Below, piece by piece: positions 1 through 14,441 of a DNA stretch of 64,000 bases. A model generated the notes under the pieces. It searched no databases. It saw nothing but the letters and a program-made list of their open reading frames with translations, and was not told where the DNA came from. How positions within the stretch are numbered: the first letter of the stretch is position 1; each line of letters starts with the position of its first letter. The stretch is from Octopus sinensis (Eukaryota), in assembly GCF_006345805.1 (NCBI RefSeq), contig NC_043009.1, positions 53,506,001 through 53,570,000 on the forward strand. Reading direction: 5' to 3'. The position numbers and the translations under genes are program-made.

Positions 1-579
1 ATGAACGACAACAAAAGCCTTGAAGACAATTTGAATTGACATTTTAGGAGTTAGTAGTTGAATTACTTTGTAAAGCTGATTACTTTGTGTGTCTTATTGT
101 TGCGATGGACCAACATGTACGATAGCTGAATGCGATAGAAGGAAGCTAACGTCATAGCGAGTAATTAGCTGGTTAGCAAGAAATAGCAGCTAAATTCTCC
201 TGAAACCACACTCAACTATTTCACAGAAAAGGTCATATTTGATAAAATCATCCTAGACATACTATACATAAAAACAAATAATTATTTTTGTGAGGTGTCT
301 GATATTGTGTCTGCTACAGCAGAGCGAGTTCAGAGCTAAACAAGAAATGAAACCTGACAGAGTACGAGCTAATGCAAGAGATAGCCGCTAAATGTACTCG
401 ACTCAAAGTAGAGGAAGGTATATACAATGGCGCATTGGATGGAAAAGTTGAAAGCTTCCCTGACAATTCAAAGTGTTGTTTTGGTATAAGGGGGTAGCAC
501 GCCTCTCATGTTTACAAGTGATGTTGGTTAGCGTGTCACGATGAGCAGACTGGTTAATTTAATAATAAATATATTATGT

Positions 580-780
580 ATGCAAGAGATCTGGAACTCC
601 TTTGATCATAGGTCTTAATTACGACCGAACTGGGGCTACACGACCACCACAACAAAACCAATCTGAATTACTATAGGCGTTAATCATTTCCTTTTAATGC
701 TGGTTTTGCTGTTTAGCCTTGGTTAGCCATACTGCAGTAGAAATAATCAAGACGTTCCAGACGTAACCATCCAACTCTTT
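580..780. repeat. Two inverted, decayed fragments of one interspersed repeat family (third fragment at 1705-1775)
   Basis: The reverse complement of ~590-640 (gtagccccagttcgg...gacctatgatcaaaggagttccag) resembles 706-770 (gctgtttagcc...caagacgttccag) and 1708-1770 (gctgtttagc...ctatgatcaaag). CTATGATCAAAG is shared exactly between the first and third. Confidence 0.45.
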
Positions 781-1340
781 TAGAGGGTCATGAATATCGA
801 ATATGTGAAGAATATGTAGCTGTTGTCTGTAGCAGAGCGAACAACTATCTACGATCCCCGAGTTTGGTTTTGTTTCTTAAAATAAATTGTTGGTTATTGC
901 CACTAATTTACTCCCATCAAGTTGATGTAATATCAAACGCTTGACTAACCAATTTTTTTATAGTATTTTACTGCTTTTTTTTATACATAAACGTCTGACA
1001 AATGATCCGATAGACTTAAGTAGGCTATGCGATATTGACGAAGTCCAATTATACTAAATCCTGTTTGCAGACGTCACAAAAAATACGACAGTGGCCAGGT
1101 TGTTTGCAAACAGCCAATTTTTTTTCACGTAAATGGTTAAACAAATATTGAGGAATATTCTTTTTTCATTTCTTCAAATTATCTCCATTTTTTCTTGAAT
1201 CGCTCACAAATACCACTATTTATCTTATTTTTGTTATCTTTCTCCATCTAAGAAGAGAAAATTAAATCAAGAAAATGTTGTGAATACCATTCATTAATCT
1301 TTATTTAGCATTATCTAATGTATCTATTTAGGATGCTATG

Positions 1341-1535
1341 TCGGTGGTGCCAGAAATCAGTCTGCCGCTAGGTTCTGAGTTCAAATTCCGCCGAGGTCAA
1401 CTTTGCCTTTCATCCTTTCGGGGTCGATTAAATAAGTACCAGTTATCCACTGGTGTCGATATAATCGACTTAATCCGTGTGTCTGTCCTTGTTTGTCCCT
1501 TCTGTTTGTAGCCCCTTGTGAGCAGTAAGGAAATA
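1341..1535 (+). mobile_element. SINE family A, 5'-degenerate copy
   Basis: B-box-like gagttcaaattcc, then the central box gcctttcatcctttcggggtcgat..aagtaccag and tail gtccttgtttgtccc...agccccttgtg. Matches copies at 10441, 14153, 29368 and 31058. Confidence 0.85.
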
Positions 1536-4020
1536 CGAAAACAATCAGCAACTTTTCCAGGGAAAACGTTTTATGTTTTAATAAAATAAACCAAGATGTT
1601 TTTGGTAAATAACATGATTCGAGCCATAAACTTTTCTGTTTTAATTTTGAGTAGTCAGGAGTCAATGCTGCAGAGACTATGAGCATAATATGATGATTAT
1701 TACCGGTCGTTGTTGCTGTTTAGCACTACGTCAGAACTATGATCAAAGATCATCACAACTGTGACCATCTTGTGTGTTCCTTGGGTAGAGCTGACTCGGG
1801 ACCACGTTACCCACACAGTCACACAAGTGCACGCACGAATATACGTACACACACATGCATGCAAGTGCACAAATACATACGCTCACGCACACATAACAAT
1901 AACCGTCACATGCGAGCGAGTATGTCTCGGTTGCATGTAACATGCTTTTAGTTGTCTATGTGGGTGTGAACAGACATACCATCTCTTTTGACCGGTTCTC
2001 TCTTGGTCCAGCAGAATATCCAGAATGTGATAGCTGATACACATATTCAGTTGACTTGACCAAACTGGACACAACTTATTGTCTACCCTAGGAACGGAGC
2101 CCATAGCTTCTAGATCTCTAGCCGATCACCCCAAATACGAGGCCACATTATATATTCTTACAATTTAATTATCTTACTAACACTCACACCACTTCTGCGC
2201 ATTATCATTTCAAACATTTCAAACAATTCTGTTAGAGAGCATATATTGTTCTTTCTGCCGATCTACTTTAACTCCTCTGATATAATTAATTATTATCATT
2301 GTTCCTCACATCCAAATGAAAGCCATCTTATAAACTTACAACAATACAGGAACCGTTATTATATGAATTAGTAAAACCGTTAGCGTTTTCATCTTATTTA
2401 ACTTGATTTATCTCATTGTGTTCCGCTTCGTTGTATTATCCTCTACACAATTCTTTATTTATCTTTCTGTTATACTCCATCGTTTTTGTTTTACTTCTTT
2501 TTATTCCATTATAAGCGTGCCCTTTGATACTTAATGCGTTGATATAAAATATACAGTTTTCTGATAACTTATAATCCTTTATTATACTTTAGCATTTGCT
2601 ACTTTTATCTTTCCAGTTTATCCCAATCTTCTCCAAAATTATAAATGTTGTTGCTGAGCCTCCATTCTCTTTCTCCAAAATTATAATTCGATATATTTGT
2701 TTTATATTTACAGTGCCGTACATAATTATATACCCTATAATCTATTGTAAATGACAATCTTTAGAAAACTTATACTCCTTGTAGTCATGAAATTTTAATA
2801 CGATTATTTCACCTATAAATATTTATTCACAACACATCTCGGGGAAAACATCGGTTAAGACAGTATTCTCAACAGGCAACGAAATACAGAGAAAGCAACT
2901 CAGGACTTTTTCGCCAATCTCTCCTTTCTAAAAATTTTTATATAAAAAAGGGACGGCATGTTGACATAATACATATCGTACATGAACTGTAAACCTATCC
3001 CAGATTTGAGAGGTATGGTGATATAACCTGCATATGATAGATATAAGCAGCAAACAACACAATGCTGTCTCGTATTTTCCTTTCTATAACATGTTTAAGT
3101 TTAGCATCTCTCTCTCTCGCTCTTTACGCTTTAGGGCATGAAATCGTTTGGCACAGCCGATCCGGTGTCGTCTATTTAGCTTCTCTTACTTGACGCAGGC
3201 TAATTCAACATCGTTTTGACGCTTATTTGACCTGTTAATGTTGCTCTAATTCTCTACATCTCTCTTTATATATAAGCATTTTTTCTCTTTGTGCACACAC
3301 AAACACACGCGCATTATATTGAATATGGGCGTGTTTATATCTTTTCAGGCGCGTGCGTGTCTGTATGTATGTGAGTGAGAGTGAGGGTGTTATTTTGTGT
3401 ATGTGTTTGCGTGCGCGGTGTGTTTACATCCAATACCAAAAAATACAGTCACCGAAACAAGTTGATAGTCGAGTCAGCCGTACAAAATTAAACTTTGTCA
3501 CAAAATTTTAATTTTCTTTGGTCAGTAAGTGTTATTTCCTATTTCGTCAGTGTTATTTCCAATTTGGTCACTAAATTATTTCCTATTTGCAATCCAATGA
3601 AACAATTACTATTCTCTTCAAACTTTGCTTTTATGACCCTGACATTAATGTTTTGAAACTGATCTATTTTCCATTACATTTCAGAGATTCGGCGTTGAGT
3701 GGCTGAATCTGAAATATCGTTATAGAAAATATTCTGCTTGTCATTTGCTTGACCTTAACTACTTAAGCATGTTCCTTAAAAGCTGACAATATGTGCATCA
3801 CTGATTGTAAGCAGGTGTAACGGAGGAGCAACACAGCCATATGTTGAGAGGGATTCTTTGTGGTTTGAAGAAATGTAACAAAAGCAAATTTTGAGGAAAA
3901 TATTAGCCAACATTCATATTTTCTTATGGTAAGCAAATAGGAAATTACTGCTCCTAACCAAGGATAAGAATAGGTGTTATCGGCATTCAAACAGCTGAAT
4001 TCTACCCTCTAGTTGAGATG

Positions 4021-5183
4021 GTAGGCTGACAAAGATACTCTCACTGAATAGGACTAGACGAGATGCATTTTTCAGCATAGTCCCTCATGCGGTCCACGCT
4101 CTTCTCCCATCGGTGTGACAATGCTTGGATATCAATGATGAGTGTCAACAGCAGATATGATGCCATTCTCACTGTGATACTTGTTCTCAACCAAGGGTTT
4201 TTTCTTGTAGACTAACAAATGATTACAGGGGTCGAAATCAGGAAAATAGGGATGGCAATCAACAAGATCAAAGTCACAGTCAAACACAGCAGCCACTTTG
4301 AAAGCAAGGAATTGTATGGTGAAGAAGTGTCCTGATGAAACAAGACACTTTTCATCGGGTTTCCTGTGCTTTTGGTCTTGATAGCCTTTGTAACTGCACC
4401 AGCAAGTTGGCATAGTACTATCCATTAATGGTGTGGCCCTTTTTGATGATAGTCAATTAGCATAATACTTTTGGCACCCCCAAAATTTGAGACCATCACC
4501 TTCCCTGTAGAAGAGGAATATTTCCACCGTATGGATTTTCTCTTTGCTTCTGGCTCAGAGTAACGAACCAATAACTGATCCTGCTTTAGGAAACGTTCAA
4601 AGAAACCAGCTGGATCTGACTCATTTTCTGAGAAAGATGTTTCCCATGATAAGGTCAGCCTGGTACGCTTCTGATCAAATGTCAGAAGACGTGACACCCA
4701 CCGTGTAGAAACATTCGTCATGCCTAGTTCATTGTGAAAACCATTCTCAACTCGCTCACGGGAATTGCTAACAGCATTGGTTATTTGATTTATAGTCAAT
4801 CCCCTGTTATCCTTCAGCTGGTGGAGAACAAGATCAATGTTTATCTCTGGAGTGACAATTGCAGGACATCAGAACTTAAGTTATCTTCAAGATTCTACGT
4901 TTCCCTCCTAAATTCGGCTGCCCACTTTTACACTGCTGAAAAAGCTTGAACACCATCCCATAACGCATCAACCGTATCAGCATGCATGTCGTTGGGGGCT
5001 AAACTCTTCATCTGTGGGTACTTCTGTAGCTACTACTTACTTTTAAAGTGTTCTTTGAACTGTCAGATATCAGTTTATCCAGAAGAAAACATTGCAGTTA
5101 TTAATGAGTGTGGAAATTAAATTTTACAGCTCTAGCATCACTCCTTCATAGTCAGTCTATGGACTTTTTAGCACACCTTCGTA
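4021..5183 (-). mobile_element. Decayed mariner (DD34D-type) transposon
   Basis: Minus-strand frames give KWAAEF..., RGLTINQI..SRERVEN.FHNELGMTNVSTRWVSRLLT (WVPRLL motif), GKVMVS, TING.YYANLL, VLFHQD, HPYFPD(F)DP (HPPYSPDLAP). Right TIR ends ...actttttagcacaccttcg+TA at 5182-5183. The left TIR survives only as taggctgac (~4022). Several stops and frameshifts. Confidence 0.9.
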
Positions 5184-5912
5184 CATCCGTTGTGATGTAT
5201 ATTGTATATATATTTTTACTATTCATTTCATGTTTAATTCATTCTCAAATTCTGTTTTTGATTTCATTTGTTTATATCATCATTGTATTGTCCACAGTAT
5301 TGTATCTTGTATTCTGTTATTCATTTCAAGATTCGCCATTACAAAATATCATTTCGCACTATCTTTTTTTATTCCACGCTATTTCGTTTTTCATCCTTAC
5401 CAGTTCACACGGTATTTTCATCACATACTGTTACACGTATGTTATCATCCCACCTGAAGCATATATTATCATTTTGTTTAGAAGATTTTTCAATATAGTA
5501 TTATATTGATATTTTGTTATGCTATATTATTTACGCCGCAGTCATTGAAATTGTACTCATATCACCATCGTGTCTAGCACGTTATTATAACACCATCAGT
5601 ATTGCTATCATTTATTTGTTTAATTTATTTTAAACCAGCATTTACTTAATAAACTATACCCTGAGTCAATCAGGTTCAATTTCAGGATCACTGTGACAGT
5701 GATATAATTCTTAAATTTATGAGAGTTCGGTATTGCAATTTATAGCCTTTTTTTTTTCAGGAGAACAATTATGTTAATAATAGATACAGACAGAACTAGA
5801 AAAGTGCTTGAGAACATAATCGCTAATTTAACAAAGCAACTTTAATCTAGCAATCACTGAACATATTTTTTTAAAAATTAAACACACCTTTGCCATAAGC
5901 ACTCTAAAAAGA

Positions 5913-6880
5913 TTATTCTAGAAATCCGCGTTCAACTTCGATGACTGCTGCAATACGAGCCCAGAATCGTTGACATACCTTCACTAAATGTTCTTAACTT
6001 ATTTCAGACTTCACCAGAATAATAACGGATTTCAATGAAGCTATGATATTATGAAAGAGTCGATTATTCTCCCTTTCAACAACACTCCAAGCGTAATAGT
6101 TCAGAGGGACTGAATGTTGCAAATTTCCCTTCTACAAATTAGTTATTACGTGATTGTAAAGGTTGTCTCTCATCCATCATTCTTGGTCTTTCATGTTGAA
6201 ATACGTACTGCCTTCCAGAGCTTAACAACTGTTACCAGCACTTCAATGTATCCAGCAGTATTAATTCTAAGACTCTGTAGAATAATAAGATGCTATGATA
6301 TAATATTCGTTGCCCACAAGTTCTCACCATTACAGGCGATGGATACTTAGTGTGCATAACTCTGAGAACATCCGAAAGATTTACCCATCACAAATTGCCA
6401 TTTAGACATCAGTTCTTGGTGGAAGTTTTTCTCAATAAAGGAGACCTAAAATATACCATGTACTTAAAAGTTTTTTTCGAATGGACCGAAGTTTTTCTGT
6501 GATTTGCAGGCATGAACTGGCCTCTTCTAAGCATATAAAAATTGTAACGAATATTCATATGCACCACGGTTCTCATAGTCCACATCGACAACAGACGTTC
6601 TTTGCTCGATGGCTCACATTAATATTGTAGCACCACCGTCGATAATGTTTTGAATCCGTTGGGTGAATTACCGAGTCCTTCTAATATCCGAAAGTTTAGA
6701 ATGTTTTTCTCTTTCATACAACTGAAACAATCCAACTAGAGGCTTCCACTTCTATTCGAACTTTGGTTACAAAAGATCTTGCAGCATTTAGAGAGTTGCC
6801 AATTTCTAAATCGTTGCAATGACCACACACCTTTTGATTATATTTTGTGCTAGAATTTTATCTGCTGTGGGGCATCTGAG
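5913..6880 (-). mobile_element. Decayed maT/rosa-like (DD37D-type) Tc1/mariner transposase
   Basis: Minus strand: NDLEIGNSLNAARSFVTKVR, RTVVHMNIRYNFYMLRRGQFMPA, LRINTAGYIEVLVTVVKLW, and C-terminus EHLVKVCQRFWARIAAVIEVERGFLE* (stop 5913-5915). These are motifs I recognise from maT-type transposases. Many lesions; subfamily call is from recall. Confidence 0.8.
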
Positions 6881-7019
6881 AAACTACAAAGCTTTTGTTG
6901 TTTCGAAGAGTCTAACATACCGATAATTAAATGTCCTCAAATAGCCCTCGTTCACAGCGCTCTGCACATATACATACATATATACTCGTACATTCATACA
7001 TACATACATACATATGTAC

Positions 7020-7078
<59 letters not shown>

Positions 7079-7195
7079 ATAGAAGACTACTTCGTTTGAA
7101 CGGATTGATCTCATTTTTCTACAATCTCTGTAACAGAAAATGTATTATGCATACACATATTCAAACATACACACCCTTTCTTTATTATCTCTCTT

Positions 7196-7236
<41 letters not shown>

Positions 7237-7477
7237 TCATACATATATATATAATTCAAATCATAAGACAAAGAAATCCTTTAACACAGCATTAGTGATT
7301 TGTTATAATTGTTTCTTTAAAAACTCTGCCTGCAACGTCAGTTTATGTAATATTCGAAGTGAAAATTTAAGTACTATTTACAGTTTTTGACATCAGAGTG
7401 ACACTTCATCAAAGGTACAATCTTACACTGTGTGTCGTCCACACACTGTTTTTGCTTATATCAGGAGGAAACAAAGA

Positions 7478-7532
<55 letters not shown>

Positions 7533-7601
7533 CATGGTTATGGGATGAATCATAACTATAGAGATCATGTAGAGAGTATTAAAAGGAAGAAGTAGTAGTG
7601 A

Positions 7602-7668
7602 AAGAAGAAGAAGAAGAAGAAGAAGAAGAAGAAGAAGAAGAAGAAGAAGAAGAAGAAGAAGAAGAAGA
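7602..7668. repeat. (GAA)n microsatellite
   Basis: About 22 uninterrupted GAA units. Confidence 0.98.
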
Positions 7669-8203
7669 GAATAATGATACATATATATATGAAATTAAGT
7701 AAATGACACACGAACAAGACGTTATGCAATGAAATCTTTACCTTACATATATTTCTGTTATAAGATGGTGTGCTTTCAGCGCTGAGTACTGGTACGTCGC
7801 TTTATAGCTCACCACATAACCTTCATTTTAGATGCATATTATTTTAGAAGCTCCGAGGAAGCTATAAAGGGATAGACAAGCACACAGCTCTGAGTTCGCG
7901 GCATCCTATAGCAGAAACGGCTGTAAGCTAATCAAGTCCATTGCATAATTTTACTTAATTACTTATTACGATCTGTACACAACTCACGCCTTTATTCTGA
8001 ACCGTATGTATACTGAGTTCTAATATCAGGTTATTAGAATTACAATTGTATAGAATATCCTGATGAACCACGGTTCTCATCGAAACATATAATATTTAAA
8101 TGTATATTTATGCATATCCTATATATATATATATATATATAAATATATATATGTCTGTACGTATACACACACACACACACGCACATATATATATATGTAT
8201 ATA

Positions 8204-8234
<31 letters not shown>

Positions 8235-8459
8235 TTGTAGGTGTGCTTCTGTAAAATAAATTATAAGAATATAAGCAATGCTATATCTCAGTGGTGTATG
8301 AATGTTACGATGGCGCGACGCATATTGAAATTGAGTAAATTAAAATATGTGTGCAGATAAAAATTTAAATTTACTGGAATCTACGAATATAATTTGTCTA
8401 CAGATATCAAATTAAATTCTCGCTTACATATATGCATGTGCGGCAGGCTGGGCTATATA

Positions 8460-8509
<50 letters not shown>

Positions 8510-10440
8510 CCACATTCATCTGATACATACGTCTTATACATTATTTGTATATCATTAAATCATCGAATGTTTGCAAATAATTTCTGATGTTGAGATTAAT
8601 TTGCGATTAAGTTCTCGTATTGATTCCGACCTATCATTAATGGTTTTCTATGATTTCCCAAACTCCATTTCCGAAAAATTTGGTAACTTTCCAAATTAGT
8701 TGACATTGCTTACCTCATATACGCCAGTAGTATCAATAGTCTATTTTAGATAATAATTTCTTAATGCTTGATGTATCTTTAATATGTTGTTGTGAACGTC
8801 AAGATATATCCCTATCTTTGATATAGTTGTTGCTGAATAGTTCTCAATCTTATACTTACAAATATACAGAAATATGTCTATACATACCATTATGAATTAA
8901 TACACGCAATTGAAACAAACTTATATTTATATACCAATGTGCATAACATAATTTATACATAATCGTCGAACTGAAGTAGCTACGATATTTTGTCTCAGAT
9001 AAAATTTCTCGAAGTCGATTGTGTGTGAAAAACACATGGTTTCGCTCAGAGCTCCGGTGTACTACCTGATACAGAGTTTCGGTTTAATTTGGATTCATCA
9101 GTAACGAATAACTCAAACGTTCGGACCCAAGTCGAAAATGTTTGTAGAGATAGAAATTGATAACGAAAACATTTACTGGCTTGTATGAAAGCGAGTCAAA
9201 CTAGTATAAAATTAACACATGTACTTGAAACAGAGATTAAAATGCCGATGTGTGTAACATTTAATGTGAGTATACAAACATGGATCATCACTAGCTGTAA
9301 CATTTTGCGAATGTAAATAAATGCAGGGTATGCAAACTATATTATACGGCTGTTTAAGTATTGTAACAACTGACAACAAGACACTTATGTAATTATAATT
9401 AATTTTTCAACGCCAGTGTTGTTAGCAACATTTGCGATATTTGATTTCTCTGACAATTAATTCTATTCCACAGATATTAAAACTAGAAAGATACAGACAT
9501 TACCAGGAAGTTTTCAGATTAATGATGGCATTGATAAGCCTCGTGTTAGATGATCATTATGGGTGTTATGATACCACTTTACAAGTAACAAATAATAACA
9601 CTAAATATAGGTATTCCGACCAATTGTGAAACACTGAAGGGAATAAGATAGTTATAGATGGATACATTGCTCTTTAAAGCCATTCGTATTTCATAAAACA
9701 CTAGAACTACTGGTGTAAATTAGGTACCCCCAACAAAGACGTGGATGAAAAATACTACCTTTACATACCAAACACACTATGCATTAGCATGTTTCTCATG
9801 AACTTGGTGCTAACAACAATCAAAATTGGAGAATAACAAGTAGCTTGCTTGTGCTAGTGATAGCAATCGAAAGCTATGCATGCGGGATAACAGTAGGTTT
9901 CAGGGTGTCATCAGGAAAGAAAGCGCACCATTTTGAGGCCTTCTCTCCTGAAGAATCCTGTAAACTACTGGCATCCGGTATGCAAAGATTTCGATTGGTA
10001 GCACAGTTACAAAAGCAAGATGTTTCCAAGTCTTCAATTCCGATTGTTGATAGCATTGAGCTCACAGAATTGTAGCTTGTCGGGGACTTATGTTTGCAAC
10101 ATCACATCACATTTCGTGGGCTATACATTTCTAATCCAAGAGTAAGAGACTGTTTAATAAATACTTTCTGAACATATGAAACGTCGAAGTCAATAAACAC
10201 CCAAAGATCAAACCGAAAATATTGACTGTTGCAAGTCTGTGGAACACATTTCATAAGTGATTTCCGTCTACCAAGAAATTTCTGTAAGGTACTACCTCCC
10301 ATCATAGCTATATGTAAACTTATAACTAATAATGGTTACATTGTAATGGCTATAAATATATTTCCTCTTGTTGAAACTCCGAACACCGACAGCTTGAGCG
10401 AATACTGTAATGCACTGCAGCCGGTAGTTTTGAGAAAATT

Positions 10441-10672
10441 GCGGCGAGCTGGCAGAAACGTTAGCACGCCGGGCGAAATGCTTAGCGGTATTTCGTCTGC
10501 CGTTATGTTGTGAGTTCAAATCCCGCCGAGCTCGACTTTGCCTTTCATCCTTTCGGGGTCGATAAATTAAGTACCAGTTACGCACTGGGGTCGATGTGAT
10601 CGACTTAATACCTATGTCTGTCCTTGTTTGTCCCCTCTGTGTTTAGCCCCTTAAGGGTAATAAAGAAATAGG
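10441..10672 (+). mobile_element. SINE family A, full length
   Basis: Head gcggcgagctggcagaaacgttagcacgccgggcgaaatgc, B-box-like gagttcaaatccc, central box and tail ending taaagaaatagg. Confidence 0.92.
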
Positions 10673-12036
10673 TATTTTGGAGAAAAAGTCTTTGGAGCGC
10701 CGTGTTTCTGAACGCTAGACTCATTGATGGAAGATCCCCCAAAAAGCTTTCCTCGAACACAAAAATATTAGCTTTCATATAATTATTTTAGAACAGAAAA
10801 GAATTATTATTTAGAGTTTTAGAAGTCAGCTCACCGGTATATGTAAAGATTTCCTTCAAAATCAGCGACGAAGACTATTTACAACTGCTACAAAAATAAT
10901 AGCTTCTCTGTCCAAACTATAAATACGTATTTGTACATGAAATTATTGGTACAATGGCTATGTTACTAAATTGTTCTGGTGCGTTCAGCTGCGGATAAAT
11001 ATAAATATTACCTAAAACATCATAAAATCCATAGTAATGCGGAGCGTGATATTTGCGTATTTGTTGTTCAAATATGCCATTAATAAAACTATATATGAAA
11101 TAGTTTTCTGTATTACTTTCTCTAAAAGTTTCGCTTTAAATAATCGTTTTTGACAAACTTTCCACACATAGTGCTGCAGTAATATTTTTCTGCTTGATCG
11201 TCAGTGTCCTGTGATTTCCAAAAATATTAAGAACTGCCCTAATTGGTGGATCGAAAAGCGAATATTTTTTCAGACACATAAATCACCGGCTAACATGCTT
11301 ATTGAGGAGGAAAATAACCTCTGTAAGGCAGATAGTAAGCATATGCAGAACATCACTAAAGTTCAACATGTAAATCTGTAAATTTTCTCTATTGCTGCAG
11401 ACACATGCATATATTTGTGTATATATTTGTGTTCTTGTATATCAGTGTACGAATGTGTGGTGTATGTATATATGCACGTCAGTTTGTATACAAAGGTCCA
11501 TACAAATACGCACTCACATACTCACAATCATGTACACACACACACATATAAAATATATGTATGTACAAATGGACCTGTAAGTGTATTAGATATATCAACT
11601 ATACACCGATAAACGTTCAAACCTCACTCAGTCTTTTCATGCTAATCATGCTAGCCCATGTTTTCATATTTATCGTTTTCGAATCTTGAATTCGAAAGCA
11701 AGTGTGTGTATGTGTGTTTGAGAGAGACAGTGAAAGAGGCGGAAAGAGAAACAGAGCAGAGAGTGTGTGTGTGTGGGGGGGGGATAGAGATATTTGTGCT
11801 TTTTGTTGCGTGTCTAACAGAAAGGAAAAGTAGGTATTCTGTCTTCCATTCCCTAAATAGGGCCGAACATCTCAAAAATTAATTTGAAATAGAAAATAAA
11901 TTGAAAATGACATCATATAACGAAGAGAGTTTGACAGTTGAAGACGAAAGGAGACAGGAGGAGGGAGAGCATGTTTTAAAATCAATGCAAATCTGTATAA
12001 ATATATGTGCTGGTGTGTTTGTGTGTGTATAAACCC

Positions 12037-12178
<142 letters not shown>

Positions 12179-13582
12179 TGTATATATATACGCACGTTTT
12201 TAGACGTCTATATAAATGTATGAATACTTCCTTGTATGTTTGCACGTGCTTTTATTTTTATGATGAAATTTTCACTAGTGCCTCTAGACGTAAACGAAAT
12301 TCCGACATGTTGAACATATATAAGAAAGAAAAAAATAACAAAAGAAACCCCGAAAAATCATAAATTAATAATCACAACACTAAACAAATCATGTCATATT
12401 CAAAATAATAGTATCAACAACAGCAACAACAAAAACTTTAATAATCACAGCAACAACATTATCTGCACTGAATAAAAAAAACCTATTTTCACTTGGAACA
12501 CGACGTGCATCAAGTTTCAAAATTTATAAAGGTAAATAAATATAAATAATGCAAAGAAAATAAATATAAATAAAGGAAAACATATAAGTAAGTAAATATA
12601 TAAATAAATAAATAAATAAGCACGCAAAGTTTGTTTTTTATGAAACAAAAGTAAGTGAATAATATTTCAAAGAAAATATAGTAGAAAACAGGATTAAAAA
12701 TGTATTTAACGATTTTAGTGGCAGCACTTTATAAATTCATTTGTAGATTTTGTGAAATGTTCAAAAAGAGGATAGAAACTGCCAAAAGATATTTCGTTAA
12801 ATATGAGAAATGGTCATAGAACACATACAAACAGACACGCAGACACTCATATATATATATATAAACATACGTAAGCATCCATAGACGCATGCATACGTTC
12901 AAGAGATATATAAGTACAGATTGGTATACATTATATATACTTGTGTACTGAATTTCTTTGAAGAAGTCGAAAATTGAAGAATTGAACGTATGAATTGTAT
13001 ATCTTGTTTTTATATGAGTTTGTCTGCCAAGCAATTTCGTGATTTCTTAACCTGACACACTCCAAGTTCACCTTGTTTCGTCTTCTCATTCTCCCCCTCT
13101 ATCAATCATCGTATTTCTCTCTCTTTCCTTCTCTCCCACTGTGTTCCTCACTCACTTTGCCTCTGCCTAGACATACATACATACATACATACATGCATAC
13201 ATAATAATTAGCTGAAGCAACAGAGTGACTCAAGGTATGAGAGATGCGTCTGCTAAATATTAAGCAAAATACACACACACGTATTTTGAGTTCTGTTTTC
13301 CCTGCTTGCATCATCAATTGTTTCACAGGTTACACACACACACACACACATTTTTATGTGTATGTATATATATATATGTGTGTGTAAATATATGTTATAT
13401 AAACATATATATATATGTGCGCGTGTGTGTGTGTTAATGAACATAATCTGTATATGCAAACAATCTCACATGAATTCACATACAAACATAATATATGATT
13501 TTTACATTCAGTTCATATTTGTATATAATAAACTTACATCTTTATTTATGTATGTCTGTACGTGATTATGTATATATATATA

Positions 13583-13850
13583 GACAGCATCCCCTGGAAA
13601 TGGTATTGTATGGTTTTGCGTGCGTTAATATGGACCAAGTTATGTTGTACTTAAGTTTATCTTCCTTCAGTCACCACACAAAATCAGCGAAAGATGTTGA
13701 ATGTATCTTATTGATTCTTTGGCAACATGGCTTTGATAACTATTCTTAATTGAAGCAACCGTCCTGTGTGCACGGTACATCTATATACAAGACTTTTGTA
13801 CTCATACAGAGGTTCATCAATGGACATTTTGATCTTCCTCTGCATGAGCA
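13583..13850 (-). mobile_element. Penelope-like element GIY-YIG endonuclease fragment (decayed)
   Basis: Minus strand: CSCRGRSKCPLMNLCM..KSLVYRCTVHT, then DFVW*LKEDKLKYNITWSILTHAKPYNTISRGC. This parallels the Cys-linker and EN motifs at 31371 and 63.4-63.8 kb. Missed by the ORF track because of frameshifts. Confidence 0.75.
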
Positions 13851-14152
13851 TTTATCATAAGTATTTGTATATATGGCAGTTCTGATTTCATTTTGCGACG
13901 TTGTTACTATGTTAGCTATATCATAAGCATTTCTACTATTTCAATTTGACCGTAATTGGTGCTTTTCATTGCAGTTTACATGTCCCTTGTTGGTATTTAG
14001 ATGCATATGCTCGCTAGATCCAGTAGGTAGGTTATTGCATTTTACTATTTTCTAAATTAGTATTCTCTAAATAACTATATAGACACACACAAACACACAA
14101 ACACACACTCACACACAAACACACACGCGCACCCATACACACATATATATAT

Positions 14153-14380
14153 ATTTCTTTACTACCCACAAGGGGCTAAACACAGATGAGACAAACAAGG
14201 AAAGACAAACGGATTAAGTCGATTACATCGACCCCAGTGCGTAACTGGTACTTAATTTATCGACCCCGGAAGGATGAAAGGCAAAGTCGACCTCGGCGGA
14301 ATTTGAACTCGGAACGTAACGGCAGACGAAATACGGCAACGCATTTCGCCCGGCGTGCTAACGTTTCTGCCAGCTCGCCG
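14153..14380 (-). mobile_element. SINE family A, full length
   Basis: Near-identical reverse complement of the 10441 copy. Confidence 0.92.
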
Positions 14381-14441
14381 TCTATATATGTAAACTGCGT
14401 TTCAAATTATTAACGACGTAACATTCTTTTTATTTCATAAA

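Noticed and set aside
3518-3590. Short degenerate tandem repeats (also 61228-61292)
   Set aside because: Two or three copies with no unique spacers; local slippage, not CRISPR-like.
9690-9900. IAFDCY (DRY-like) and IPIFSVIICY (TM5-like) hints of a GPCR pseudogene on the minus strand
   Set aside because: Spacing to the putative TM3 cysteine is wrong, frames disagree and stops are frequent; chance is likely.
10040-10141. SGTYVCNIT Ig-like motif before a GTAAGA donor on plus
   Set aside because: No preceding D, wrong spacing, a poor acceptor and an upstream in-frame stop.
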